56,153 bases of DNA from an uncultured Bacillota bacterium. GTDB taxonomy: Bacteria; Bacillota; Clostridia; Oscillospirales; Oscillospiraceae. The notes under the pieces are model-generated. The model was given only the letters and a program-made list of their open reading frames with translations, searched no databases and was not told the DNA's origin. Both the position numbers and the translations under genes were made by a program. The stretch lies in NCBI GenBank assembly GCA_937890735.1, contig CALACZ010000099.1, positions 1 to 56,153 of the forward strand, in the 5' to 3' direction. This document shows, in pieces, positions 45,427-56,153 of this stretch (positions within the stretch are counted from its first letter, which is position 1; each line of letters begins with the position of its first letter).

Positions 45427-45944
45427 TTCTTATCTTCCTCGATCTCGACTTCGTAATCGTCCGATTCCGCCGCCAGCTTTTCCAGCTCCTCCGGCGTGAG
45501 CATCCGTTCGGCGATCTCCGTGTACATATGCCCGTCCAGATGGTCGATCTCGTGGCAGAAGCAGCGCGCGACGAGCTCCTCGCCGTCGTATTCATACCAG
45601 TCGCCATTGCGATCCTGCGCGCGCACCGTCACATACATCGGACGCGTGACCACGCCGTACTCTCCCGGCAGGCTCAGGCAGCCCTCCACGCCGGTCTGCA
45701 TCTCTTCGCTCATCGAAACGATCTCGGGGTTCACCAGCTCCACGATCTCGTCGCCCACGTCCACCACCACGAGCCGGCGCAGAACGCCCACCTGCGGCGC
45801 GGCAAGCCCCACGCCGTTGGCGTTCTGCATCGTCTCCTTCATATCGTCGATAAGCTGTGCCAGACGGTCGTCAAACTTTACGACCGGGCGGCATTTTTTT
45901 GTTAAAATGGGGTCACCCACGGTGACAATGTTCCGCAGAGCCAT
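45423..45944 (-). CDS. def: Peptide deformylase
   Basis: GVGLAAPQVG, EGCLS, HEIDHLDG. Confidence 0.96.
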   Translation of the reverse strand: MALRNIVTVGDPILTKKCRPVVKFDDRLAQLIDDMKETMQNANGVGLAAPQVGVLRRLVVVDVGDEIVELVNPEIVSMSEEMQTGVEGCLSLPGEYGVVTRPMYVTVRAQDRNGDWYEYDGEELVARCFCHEIDHLDGHMYTEIAERMLTPEELEKLAAESDDYEVEIEEDKK

Positions 45945-45957
45945 CTGTATGTTCCTC

Positions 45958-48402
<2,445 letters not shown>

Positions 48403-48474
48403 TCTGTACTCCCCCCGGAATGCTTTCAAGGCGTAGGCAGCGATCTGCCTGCGCCTTGCCGTGCCGCTGCCTCT

Positions 48475-48681
48475 TCAGCGGAGATATTTTTCCTTCAGCG
48501 TCGCCGTGAGCTCTCCGTCGGCAACCTCGCGGATGGCAATGGTCACGGGCTTGTCCTCCAGCGGCTCATGGGTCATTTCCGCCTCGATGGACAGCTGCCG
48601 CGCGCGGCGCGCGACGACGTTGACGAGCAGATACCGGCTGCTGACATGGGTGAGCAGCGTAGACATAGCGGGATACAGCAT
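48475..48681 (-). CDS. rpoZ: RNA polymerase omega subunit
   Basis: SRYLLVNVVARRARQL...KPVTIAIRE. Confidence 0.93.
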   Translation of the reverse strand: MLYPAMSTLLTHVSSRYLLVNVVARRARQLSIEAEMTHEPLEDKPVTIAIREVADGELTATLKEKYLR

Positions 48682-49277
48682 TAAAATTCCTCCTTGAGTA
48701 AATGGATGCGCTCCACTGTTTTACATTTTTCCGCGACCATGATCGCGCGCAGCTCACGGACGGCCTGCTCCACATCGTCGTTGAGGACGATATAGTCATA
48801 GTCCTCCGCCTGGCTGCATTCCCAGACCGCGCGCTTGAGGCGCTCTTCCATCGCCTCCGGCGACACGTCGCCCCGGGCGATGAGCCGCTGGCGCACGGCA
48901 TCCATCGACGACGCCGCCACGAACACGAGCACCGCGTCCGGCACGCGCGCCTTGATCTTTTTTGCGCCGATGACCTCCACGTCCATCACGACGTCAAAGC
49001 CGTTTTTCATCGCCTCCCGGATGGGGGCGAGCGGCGTTCCGTAGTAGTTGCCGACATACTCGGCATATTCCAGCAGCTCGTCCTGCGCGATCATCTCTTC
49101 AAAGCGCTCGCGGGTGACAAAATAGTAGCTGCTGCCGTCCACCTCGCCGGGACGGCTCTGCCGCGACGTCGCCGAAACGGAGTAGCGCACATGGTCAGAC
49201 GCCGCGATGACGCGGTTGAGGATGGTATTTTTCCCGACGCCGGACGGACCGGACAGCACGAACAGTTTTCCCTTCAT
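48681..49277 (-). CDS. gmk: Guanylate kinase
   Basis: [16 protein letters not shown]...PGEVDG, NYYGT. Confidence 0.96.
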   Translation of the reverse strand: MKGKLFVLSGPSGVGKNTILNRVIAASDHVRYSVSATSRQSRPGEVDGSSYYFVTRERFEEMIAQDELLEYAEYVGNYYGTPLAPIREAMKNGFDVVMDVEVIGAKKIKARVPDAVLVFVAASSMDAVRQRLIARGDVSPEAMEERLKRAVWECSQAEDYDYIVLNDDVEQAVRELRAIMVAEKCKTVERIHLLKEEF

Positions 49278-49543
49278 GACAGCTCCTCCTGTTCGTCTGC
49301 GGTAATAAACTCCGCGTCCATGCGCTCCGAGAGCACCTTCGGCGCAATGGCGGACAGGATCACATGGTCGGTGTCCATCAAAAGCACCGTTTTTGTGCGT
49401 CTGCCATAGGATGCGTCGATGAGCATCCCGCGCTCACGCGCCTCCTGCACCACACGCTTGATGGGCGCGGATTCCGGGCTGACGAGCGCCAGCACCCGCG
49501 CGGCAGATACAGCGCTCCCAAAGCCTATACTCAGCAGTTTCAT
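49274..49543 (-). CDS. remA: DUF370 / RemA-family protein
   Basis: IGFG...PESAPIKR...[10 protein letters not shown]...HVILSA; conserved position between yicC and gmk. Confidence 0.9.
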   Translation of the reverse strand: MKLLSIGFGSAVSAARVLALVSPESAPIKRVVQEARERGMLIDASYGRRTKTVLLMDTDHVILSAIAPKVLSERMDAEFITADEQEELS

Positions 49544-49555
49544 TCCGTCCTCCGC

Positions 49556-50434
49556 TCACTCGATGTTCTGGGTCTGCTCGCGGATCTTTTCCAGCTCCGC
49601 CTTCATATCCACCACGATGTTGGAAAGCTCCAGATCGTTGCACTTCGAGCCGATGGTGTTCGTCTCGCGGTTGAGCTCCTGAAGCAGGAAGTCCAGCTTG
49701 CGCCCGATCGCGCCGCCTTTTGTGAGCATATCGCCGAGCTGCGCCAGATGGCTGCGCAGGCGGACGGTCTCCTCGTCCACCGCGATGCGGTCGGCATAAA
49801 TTGCCGCCTCCTGCAAAATGCGCCCTTCGTCGATCGCCGTGTTCTGCAGAACCTCCTGCATCTTCTGGCGCAGGCGCTCGCGGTATTCCGCAACGGTCTC
49901 GGGGCTGCGCGCCTCTACCAGCGCGACGCGCTCCAGAATCGTCGCCGCGCGCGAACGCAGATCGGCTTCCAGCGCCGCGCCCTCGGTCTCGCGCATGGCG
50001 TTGTAGCGCGCAATGGCTTCCTCGGCGACGCTCAGAATATCCTGCGTGAGCTTCTGCTCGTCCTCCTCCGTTTTTTCCACGGAGAACACGTCCGGCAGGC
50101 GCGCCAGCGACATCACGGTCACGTCGTCACGCACGCCGTACTCCGATTCGATCTGCCGCAGCGCGGCAAGATAGCTCTCGAGCACCGGGCGGTTGACGGC
50201 GACCTGCACATCCGCTGCCTGAACGGCGTTCACGCCGATATAGACATCCACTTTTCCGCGGCTGACCGCCGCCTTGACGCGATTTTTCACGCTGTCCTCG
50301 GCAAAGCTGAACATCCGCGGCAGCTTGACCGTGCAGTCCAGATAGCGATTATTCACCGAGCGCAGCTCCACCGTGATCTCGCGCCCGTCGATCGTCTCGA
50401 CCGCCCGGCCGTAGCCGGTCATACTTCTGATCAA
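49556..50434 (-). CDS. yicC: YicC/YloC-family endoribonuclease
   Basis: SMTGYG, ELRSVNNRYLD, EETVRL, GRKLDFLLQELNRETNTIGSK, EKIREQ; probable TTG start at 50434. Confidence 0.93.
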   Translation of the reverse strand: MIRSMTGYGRAVETIDGREITVELRSVNNRYLDCTVKLPRMFSFAEDSVKNRVKAAVSRGKVDVYIGVNAVQAADVQVAVNRPVLESYLAALRQIESEYGVRDDVTVMSLARLPDVFSVEKTEEDEQKLTQDILSVAEEAIARYNAMRETEGAALEADLRSRAATILERVALVEARSPETVAEYRERLRQKMQEVLQNTAIDEGRILQEAAIYADRIAVDEETVRLRSHLAQLGDMLTKGGAIGRKLDFLLQELNRETNTIGSKCNDLELSNIVVDMKAELEKIREQTQNIE

Positions 50435-50459
50435 AGTCCTCTCCTCCGTATTCTCTCCG

Positions 50460-51716
50460 TCATTCTTCCTTTTCCGTGATGGACACCACCACGGAGTATT
50501 CGCCCACAACGCCGGCGTCGGCATAGCCGTCCACATAGATCTCCACCGGCACATTGACCTTGCCGACCTGCGTAAAGTCCGCCATATCGGCAACCACGCG
50601 CAGATTGTTCGTGGAGATCTTTTCGATCTCCGATGCGCTTGCGCGCACCGTGACCTGAATGAGCTGCGTGACGCTGCTGTAATCCAGCCGGTCATCGGTA
50701 TTGATAAACGTAATATTTGTCGCGCGCACGACCGCCGTCTCGCGGTTTTTGATGCGCACGCTCACCGTCGCCTCTTCCTCGCCGCTCACGTTCTTCACGC
50801 CGTCCGGCAACAGGATGCTCATCGGGAAGTCCTTGCTGTTTGGCGTGGTGGAAAGGTCGATGTTACCCAGCACGATCTTGTTCACAGAGTCCAGGATCGT
50901 CGCGTCGCCCGAGAGCGTGACGGTCTCCGGGGAGATGGTGTATGTCACGTCAGCTTCCGTTGCGCCGCCGCCGCTGATAAACGTCACGTCCAGCGGCACT
51001 TCCTTGTACATCACCACGCTCGCCGTCAGCTCCAGCGTATCGGTGTCGGTGGTGAGGTTCGTCATATCCACGGCGTTGCCGTCCGCGTCCACCAGCGTGT
51101 AGGACACATCCTGCACGAACGAGCGGTTGAGATTCGTCCGCGAGACGGTAACGAGCGCCGATTCGATCTTCGAGACCTCACTCTCAGGTCCCTTCACCGT
51201 GACGGTGTCAAAGTCGAACGACGTGCTCTCCAGCATATACCCGTCCGCGACCTCCAGCCCCGAGAAGTCGCCCTTGACCGGGATCTGGCGCGTGACAAGG
51301 CGCTCAACGCTGAACGTGATGCGCGCGGGGCGGCGGTCGGAAATGGTGATCTCCGACTCGGACACGCCGCTCGGCATACTGATGTCGTAGCTGAGCGTAT
51401 ATTCCTTGGCGCTGCGCACATTCGTCACATCCACCACGGCGGACAGCTCACTGCGCGCCTGCAAGAGCTTTTTCAGCTCCGTATTTTTGCCCGAAAACTG
51501 GACAGAAACGGTCGCGTCGCGCCCGTCGGCAATGATGAGGTTCTGATCCTCCTGCAGGACCTCCTCGCCCGAAAAAACGACCGGGATATCAGAGATGAGC
51601 GTTTCGCCGTCGGGATTGACGACCGTGACCACATAGATCCACAGGCAAACCGCCACCACAAGAGAGATGATAAGCGTGATGATCTTACTGTCTGTGATGA
51701 TCTTACTGTCCTTCAT
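50460..51716 (-). CDS. cdaR: CdaR/YbbR-domain regulator of diadenylate cyclase
   Basis: N-terminal TM ISLVVAVCLWIYV followed by repeated beta domains (VTVKGP, PETVTLSG); directly downstream of cdaA. Confidence 0.85.
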   Translation of the reverse strand: MKDSKIITDSKIITLIISLVVAVCLWIYVVTVVNPDGETLISDIPVVFSGEEVLQEDQNLIIADGRDATVSVQFSGKNTELKKLLQARSELSAVVDVTNVRSAKEYTLSYDISMPSGVSESEITISDRRPARITFSVERLVTRQIPVKGDFSGLEVADGYMLESTSFDFDTVTVKGPESEVSKIESALVTVSRTNLNRSFVQDVSYTLVDADGNAVDMTNLTTDTDTLELTASVVMYKEVPLDVTFISGGGATEADVTYTISPETVTLSGDATILDSVNKIVLGNIDLSTTPNSKDFPMSILLPDGVKNVSGEEEATVSVRIKNRETAVVRATNITFINTDDRLDYSSVTQLIQVTVRASASEIEKISTNNLRVVADMADFTQVGKVNVPVEIYVDGYADAGVVGEYSVVVSITEKEE

Positions 51717-52578
51717 GCTTGCCGATCCTCCTGCTCAGTTCTTTTTTCAGCCGCGTCAGCAGGCTCTGATCGCGCTCGTCCTCCTTCGGCAACAGCTCAT
51801 TTTGCAGCAGCTTTTCCAGCGTCTGCGGCGCAAGATGGCGTTTGAGCATTCCACCGATGGCAACGGAGATCGTACCCGTTTCCTCCGAGACGATGACCAC
51901 GACCGCGTCGGACACCTCGCTCGTGCCCACGCCCGCGCGGTGGCGCGTGCCGAGATCGGCAGACAGATGCGTATTTTCCGACAGCGGCATCACACAGCCC
52001 GCCGCCGCGACGCGCCCGCCGCGGATGATCGTCGCGCCGTCATGCAGCGCCGCATTGGGGAAAAAGAGGTTTCGCAGAAGCTGCTCCGACACGCGCGCGT
52101 CCACGATCGTGCCGGTTTTAAAATATTCTTCCAGCGACACATTGCGCTCAAACGCGATCAGCACGCCGATCTTCTGCCGCGACATCACATCGCACGCGGC
52201 GACGGTCGCGCTGATGGCCGCCGCTTCCGTGCTGACGGTGAGAGGCTTGCCGAACACCTGCAAACTCGTGCGGCTGCCGATGCGCTCCAGCGCGCGGCGC
52301 AGCTCCGGCTGAAATACGATGACCAGCGCGATCAGACCGATCTCGAGGATCTTGCTCAAGATCCAGTGCAGCGCGTACATGTGCAGCACTTCCGTCAGCC
52401 ATGTGAGAATGAGCAGTGCGAGGATGCTGCGCAAGGCGCGCGCGGCATTTGTGCTTTGCAGCAGGCGCAGCAGCTTGTAGATCAAAAACGTAACGACCAG
52501 AATATCCAGAATATCCGTGACCGAGATCTGTGGGATGCTGTAAAACAGGCTTTGAAAGAAATTCTCAACAGCAGACAT
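51703..52578 (-). CDS. cdaA: Diadenylate cyclase CdaA/DacA
   Basis: Three TM helices, FQPELRRALE, LHDGA, LGTRHRA, VSEETG. Confidence 0.95.
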   Translation of the reverse strand: MSAVENFFQSLFYSIPQISVTDILDILVVTFLIYKLLRLLQSTNAARALRSILALLILTWLTEVLHMYALHWILSKILEIGLIALVIVFQPELRRALERIGSRTSLQVFGKPLTVSTEAAAISATVAACDVMSRQKIGVLIAFERNVSLEEYFKTGTIVDARVSEQLLRNLFFPNAALHDGATIIRGGRVAAAGCVMPLSENTHLSADLGTRHRAGVGTSEVSDAVVVIVSEETGTISVAIGGMLKRHLAPQTLEKLLQNELLPKEDERDQSLLTRLKKELSRRIGKHEGQ

Positions 52579-52695
52579 AGCAACACTCCTGAACCATCCG
52601 CCGAAACCGATAGGAATAGGTATACTTATAATTATTGCTCATTATACCGCAATTCCCTTCGCCGCGCAAGTATCGCCGGAGAATTTCTGGTGCGG

Positions 52696-53796
52696 TCAGA
52701 AATTTTTCAGAATTGCCGCCGCCCGCTCGACCTCCCGCCCGGTATTAAAGGCGCTGAAGCTGAAACGCACCGTGCCGCTTTGCAGCGTCCCGGCGCTCTC
52801 ATGCGCCAGTGGCGCGCAGTGCAGCCCTGCGCGCACGGCAATGTCATGCTCCGCCAGCCGCTGCGCCGCGCGCTCGCAGTCCTCGCCATGAAAATTCACT
52901 GACAAAACACCCGTCTGCGGCGCGCCCTCAAAAATTTCCGCGCCGGGAAGCTCGCGCAGCGCCTGCGAAAGCCGGCGGCGCAGCTGCACCTCGTGCTCCA
53001 AAATCGCCCGCACGCCGCGCCGGCGGATAAAGTCCAGCCCCGCCGCGAGGGCATGAATGCCCGCCACATTCTGCGTACCTGCCTCCGCCGCGTCCGGCAG
53101 AAAGTCCGGCATCTGCGCCAGCTCCGATAAGCTCCCCGTTCCGCCCTCGAGCAGGCTCTGCGGCATCTGCCCGCACAGCAGAATGCCCGTTCCCTGCGGA
53201 CCGTACAGCCCCTTATGCCCCGGCATGGCGATAAACGCCGCGCCAAGCGCCCGCAAATGCACCGGCAGCACGCCCGCCGACTGCGACGCGTCCAGAACAA
53301 ACGGCACGCCGCGCTCCCGGCAGAGCGCCGCGATCTTTTCCACCGGCAGGATATAGCCGAACACATTCGAGACGTGCGTACAGATGACCGCGCGAGTGTT
53401 TTCCGTAATGGCGCGGTCAAACGCGCGCAGCGTATCCTCCGGGTCAAAGAGCCTCCGCCCCGCGATGTTTGCGCGCACGCCGAGCTTATACAGCGGGCGC
53501 GTGACGGCGTTGTGCTCAAAACCGGAGATGACTGCCTCGTCGCCCGCCCGCAGGAGTGTTTTGACAGCGATGTTCAGCCCGTGCGTGGCGTTCATCGTAA
53601 ACACCACCCGCTCCGGCTCGGCGTCAAACAGCTCCCCCGCCGCCTCGCGGCAGGCATACACCGCCTCCGCCGCGCACATGGCGGCGCGGTGACCGCCCCG
53701 CCCGGGGCTTGCAAACGCACGCATGGCGACCAGTGCCCGCGTATACACCGCCGGGGGCTTCGGCATGGAGGTCGCGGCGGCGTCAAAATAGATCAC
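52696..53796 (-). CDS. Class V PLP enzyme, cysteine desulfurase/selenocysteine lyase family
   Basis: YFDAAATS, NATHGLN, EHNAV, DASQSAG, PGHKGLYGPQG, RAGLHCAP. Confidence 0.9.
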   Translation of the reverse strand: MIYFDAAATSMPKPPAVYTRALVAMRAFASPGRGGHRAAMCAAEAVYACREAAGELFDAEPERVVFTMNATHGLNIAVKTLLRAGDEAVISGFEHNAVTRPLYKLGVRANIAGRRLFDPEDTLRAFDRAITENTRAVICTHVSNVFGYILPVEKIAALCRERGVPFVLDASQSAGVLPVHLRALGAAFIAMPGHKGLYGPQGTGILLCGQMPQSLLEGGTGSLSELAQMPDFLPDAAEAGTQNVAGIHALAAGLDFIRRRGVRAILEHEVQLRRRLSQALRELPGAEIFEGAPQTGVLSVNFHGEDCERAAQRLAEHDIAVRAGLHCAPLAHESAGTLQSGTVRFSFSAFNTGREVERAAAILKNF

Positions 53797-54047
53797 ACCG
53801 CCACCTCCTCCACCGCGCCGCTGGCGTACACCCGGTACATATGCACGAACGCCGCGTGCGCCGTGCGCAGCAGCCCCAGCGCGCGCAGCCCCGCCTGCGG
53901 CGCAACGCGCAGCACATACCCGCAGCCCTGCATCGAAAGCTGCCGCGGCGCGCGCCCGATCGCGGCGGCAACGCCGCCGGTATGCAGAACGTTCCTCGCG
54001 TGCTGGGCGGGTGTCACCGCGCGGAACGTAAAATAGTATTCAAACAT
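53793..54047 (-). CDS. DUF3343-like small protein (putative Se/S carrier)
   Basis: FTF...PRQLSMQGCG motif; GGAGG RBS; overlaps the desulfurase start. Confidence 0.7.
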   Translation of the reverse strand: MFEYYFTFRAVTPAQHARNVLHTGGVAAAIGRAPRQLSMQGCGYVLRVAPQAGLRALGLLRTAHAAFVHMYRVYASGAVEEVAV

Positions 54048-54173
54048 AGAGCTTCCCTCCCGTATGGCTTCACCGCGCAATTCGGCAAGCAGATCCGCGG
54101 TGATACCTCATCTTATGCCCGGCGGCAAAAATCGGTCACATCCGCCAGAATCTGCATTTTTTCGCAAAACCCA

Positions 54174-54201
54174 TTGACACCGCCCGCCGGACGTGTATAA
54201 T
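54174..54201 (+). promoter_or_regulatory. sigma-A promoter upstream of the riboswitch
   Basis: TTGACA-N16-TATAAT. Confidence 0.8.
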
Positions 54202-54210
54202 GATAGCGTT

Positions 54211-54371
54211 ATGATAGAGGTCGCGAAGAACATCAGTACGCTCGCACGCCCGGCGGCACCGGGGAGCGGAAAGGGGACTTCGCCGAAGGAACGACCGTCC
54301 TGCCGGGGCGCCGCTCCTGGGACGGCAGAGAACATCTGCCGGACTGTCACAGATCTGTGGAGCGCTGTCAT
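54211..54371 (+). ncRNA. Lysine riboswitch (L-box) aptamer
   Basis: AGAGGTCGCG...ATCAGTA...AAAGGG...CGCCGAA...TGGG...GAACA...ACTGTC...GGAGCGCT conserved blocks; P1 ATGATAG/CTGTCAT; lies upstream of an NhaC-family transporter. Confidence 0.9.
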
Positions 54372-54392
54372 GTACGAAACATAGCTTTTTAT

Positions 54393-54427
54393 GTTGCGTC
54401 ATGCCGCTGTCATGACGCAACTTTTTT
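54393..54427 (+). terminator. Riboswitch expression-platform terminator
   Basis: GTTGCGTCATG-loop-CATGACGCAAC-TTTTTT. Confidence 0.85.
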
Positions 54428-54449
54428 ATTTCAAAAGGGAGAGAAAAAC

Positions 54450-56153
54450 ATGGAACAGAAAAAGCGGAACAATGCGCTCGTCACGGCGATCGTGATCGCG
54501 CTCATGCTCGCGCTGATGGTCTACGCCGCCGTCAGCACCCACGGCGTCACCCGTCTACAGGACTGCCCCGAGTGCGAAGGCACGGGCGTTGTGACCGTCG
54601 CCGACTACGACACCGGCGCGGAGGAGGAGCACGTCTGCGCCACCTGCGGCGGCACGGGCACGGTCGAAGCCGTCAGCCACGTCTACAGCACCTTCTGGGC
54701 GCTCATGCCGCCCATCATCGCCATCGCGCTGGCGCTGCTGACCAAGGAGGTCTATTCGTCGCTGTTCATCGGCATTCTCATCGGCGGTCTGCTGTACTCC
54801 AACTTTAACCTCGTCGGCACGTTCGAGCACGTCTTTGTGGACGGCATGATCGGCACATCCCTCGCCGATACCTGGAACGTCGGTATCCTGATCTTCCTGG
54901 TCATTCTCGGCGCGATGGTCGTGATGATGAACCGTGCGGGCGGCTCGGCGGCGTTTGGTCGCTGGTCTGTCAAGCACGTCAAGACCAAGGTCGGCGCGCA
55001 GCTCGCCACCATCGCCCTCGGCGTTCTGATCTTCATCGACGACTATTTCAACTGCCTGACCGTCGGCTCGGTCATGCGCCCGGTCACGGACAAGCACGGC
55101 ATCTCCCGCACCAAGCTCGCCTACCTCATCGACGCCACGGCGGCGCCCGTCTGCATCATTGCGCCGATCTCCTCCTGGGCGGCGGCAGTCACCGGCTTTG
55201 TGGACGGCGCGAACGGTCTGGAGCTGTTCATCCGCGCCATTCCGTATAACTTCTACGCGCTGTTGACGATCGTCATGATGCTCACGCTGACGTTCGCAAA
55301 GTTCGATTACGGTCCGATGCGGATGTATGAAATGAGCGAGCATCTCAACGAGAACCACGAAAACCGCATCAAGGCGAGCATCACCGGCGCGGAAAAGCAG
55401 CCCAACGAAGAGGGCAGCCCCAAGGGCCGCGTCATCCATCTGGTGTTCCCGATCCTCGCGCTCATCATCTGCTGCATCATCGGCATGATCTACACCGGCG
55501 GCTTCTTTGACGGCGTGTCGTTCGTGGACGCGTTCTCCGGCTCGGACGCCTCGGTCGGTCTGGTCTACGGCTCGGTCATCGCCATGATCCTCACCATCCT
55601 CTTCTTCCTCGCCACACGCGTGATGAAATTCACCGAGTGCATGGATGCCATCCCCGAAGGCTTCAAGTCCATGGTCCCCGCCATTCTGATCCTGACGTTC
55701 GCGTGGACGCTCAAGGCGATGACCGACTCGCTCGGCGCGCAGCAGTACGTCGCGGCGCTCGTGCGCGGCTCTGCCGGCAGCTTCATGTCGCTGCTGCCCG
55801 CGATCATCTTCCTCATCGGCTGCGGTCTGAGCTTTGCCACCGGCACGTCCTGGGGCACGTTCGGCATCCTTATCCCCATCGTTGTCAATGTCTTTGACGG
55901 CAACCTGTCGAACGAGCTGATGATCGTCTCCATCTCCGCCTGCATGGCGGGCGCGGTCTGCGGCGACCACTGCTCCCCCATCTCCGACACCACCATCATG
56001 GCGTCGGCGGGTGCGCAGTGCGTGCACATCGACCACGTCGCTACGCAGCTGCCTTACGCGCTGACCGCCGCCGCGGTGTCGTTCGTAACGTACATCCTCG
56101 CCGGCTTCATCCGCAATTGGCTCATCTGCCTGCCCATCGGCATCCTCCTCATG
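54450..56153 (+). CDS. NhaC-family transporter, probable lysine transporter (LysW-type); 3' end beyond the window
   Basis: Manual translation: WALMPPIIAIALALLTKEVYSSL, IFIDDYFN, DATAAPVC, ATGTSWGTFGI, GAVCGDHCSPISDTTIMAS; under lysine riboswitch control. Confidence 0.9.
   Translation, partial: MEQKKRNNALVTAIVIALMLALMVYAAVSTHGVTRLQDCPECEGTGVVTVADYDTGAEEEHVCATCGGTGTVEAVSHVYSTFWALMPPIIAIALALLTKEVYSSLFIGILIGGLLYSNFNLVGTFEHVFVDGMIGTSLADTWNVGILIFLVILGAMVVMMNRAGGSAAFGRWSVKHVKTKVGAQLATIALGVLIFIDDYFNCLTVGSVMRPVTDKHGISRTKLAYLIDATAAPVCIIAPISSWAAAVTGFVDGANGLELFIRAIPYNFYALLTIVMMLTLTFAKFDYGPMRMYEMSEHLNENHENRIKASITGAEKQPNEEGSPKGRVIHLVFPILALIICCIIGMIYTGGFFDGVSFVDAFSGSDASVGLVYGSVIAMILTILFFLATRVMKFTECMDAIPEGFKSMVPAILILTFAWTLKAMTDSLGAQQYVAALVRGSAGSFMSLLPAIIFLIGCGLSFATGTSWGTFGILIPIVVNVFDGNLSNELMIVSISACMAGAVCGDHCSPISDTTIMASAGAQCVHIDHVATQLPYALTAAAVSFVTYILAGFIRNWLICLPIGILLM

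Noticed and set aside
52596..52622. IscR-like box upstream of cdaA (minus strand ATTCCTATCGGTTT) and a similar half-site before the Rrf2 gene
   Set aside because: Only one half-site matches in each case; too weak to call without a motif model.
54555..56036. Minus-strand 493-aa ORF
   Set aside because: Shadow of the plus-strand NhaC-family gene, which has a promoter, riboswitch, RBS and family motifs.

Overview
GC-rich chromosomal segment from a Clostridia-class firmicute; Oscillospiraceae-like by gene content and style, which is an inference. From left to right: greA-family gene (partial), trmO/tsaA, a nested four-copy GTAG-type REP cluster, truA, a Zn-ribbon protein and an L,D-transpeptidase. 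Next is a 12.5-kb minus-strand cluster, mdh-like - fumC - hdrBCA - mvhD/flxD - flxCBA - frdB - frdA - AspT-family transporter, preceded by a LysR regulator. It encodes a complete, soluble oxaloacetate-to-succinate branch that probably uses electron bifurcation. Then come an AraC / divergent M24-fold / PIG-L deacetylase module, proBAC, an HPr-like small protein and an MFS transporter. A three-gene non-cellulosomal cohesin-dockerin-SLH surface locus follows, whose adjacent dockerin and cohesin sit in a sharp low-GC patch; it is transcribed divergently from a secreted HEXXH metalloprotease. After that are a GT4 glycosyltransferase, an Rrf2 regulator, a NAGPA-family protein and the conserved cdaA-cdaR-yicC-remA-gmk-rpoZ-priA-def-fmt-rsmB-rlmN-stp-pknB-rsgA run. 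The window ends with DUF3343 plus a cysteine desulfurase and a lysine riboswitch controlling an NhaC/LysW-type transporter with an unusual DnaJ-type zinc-finger insert. Three dispersed copies of a ~190-bp multi-hairpin intergenic repeat show compensatory base changes. No rRNA, tRNA, CRISPR array or transposase was seen. All calls are from motif recognition by eye, not database searches.
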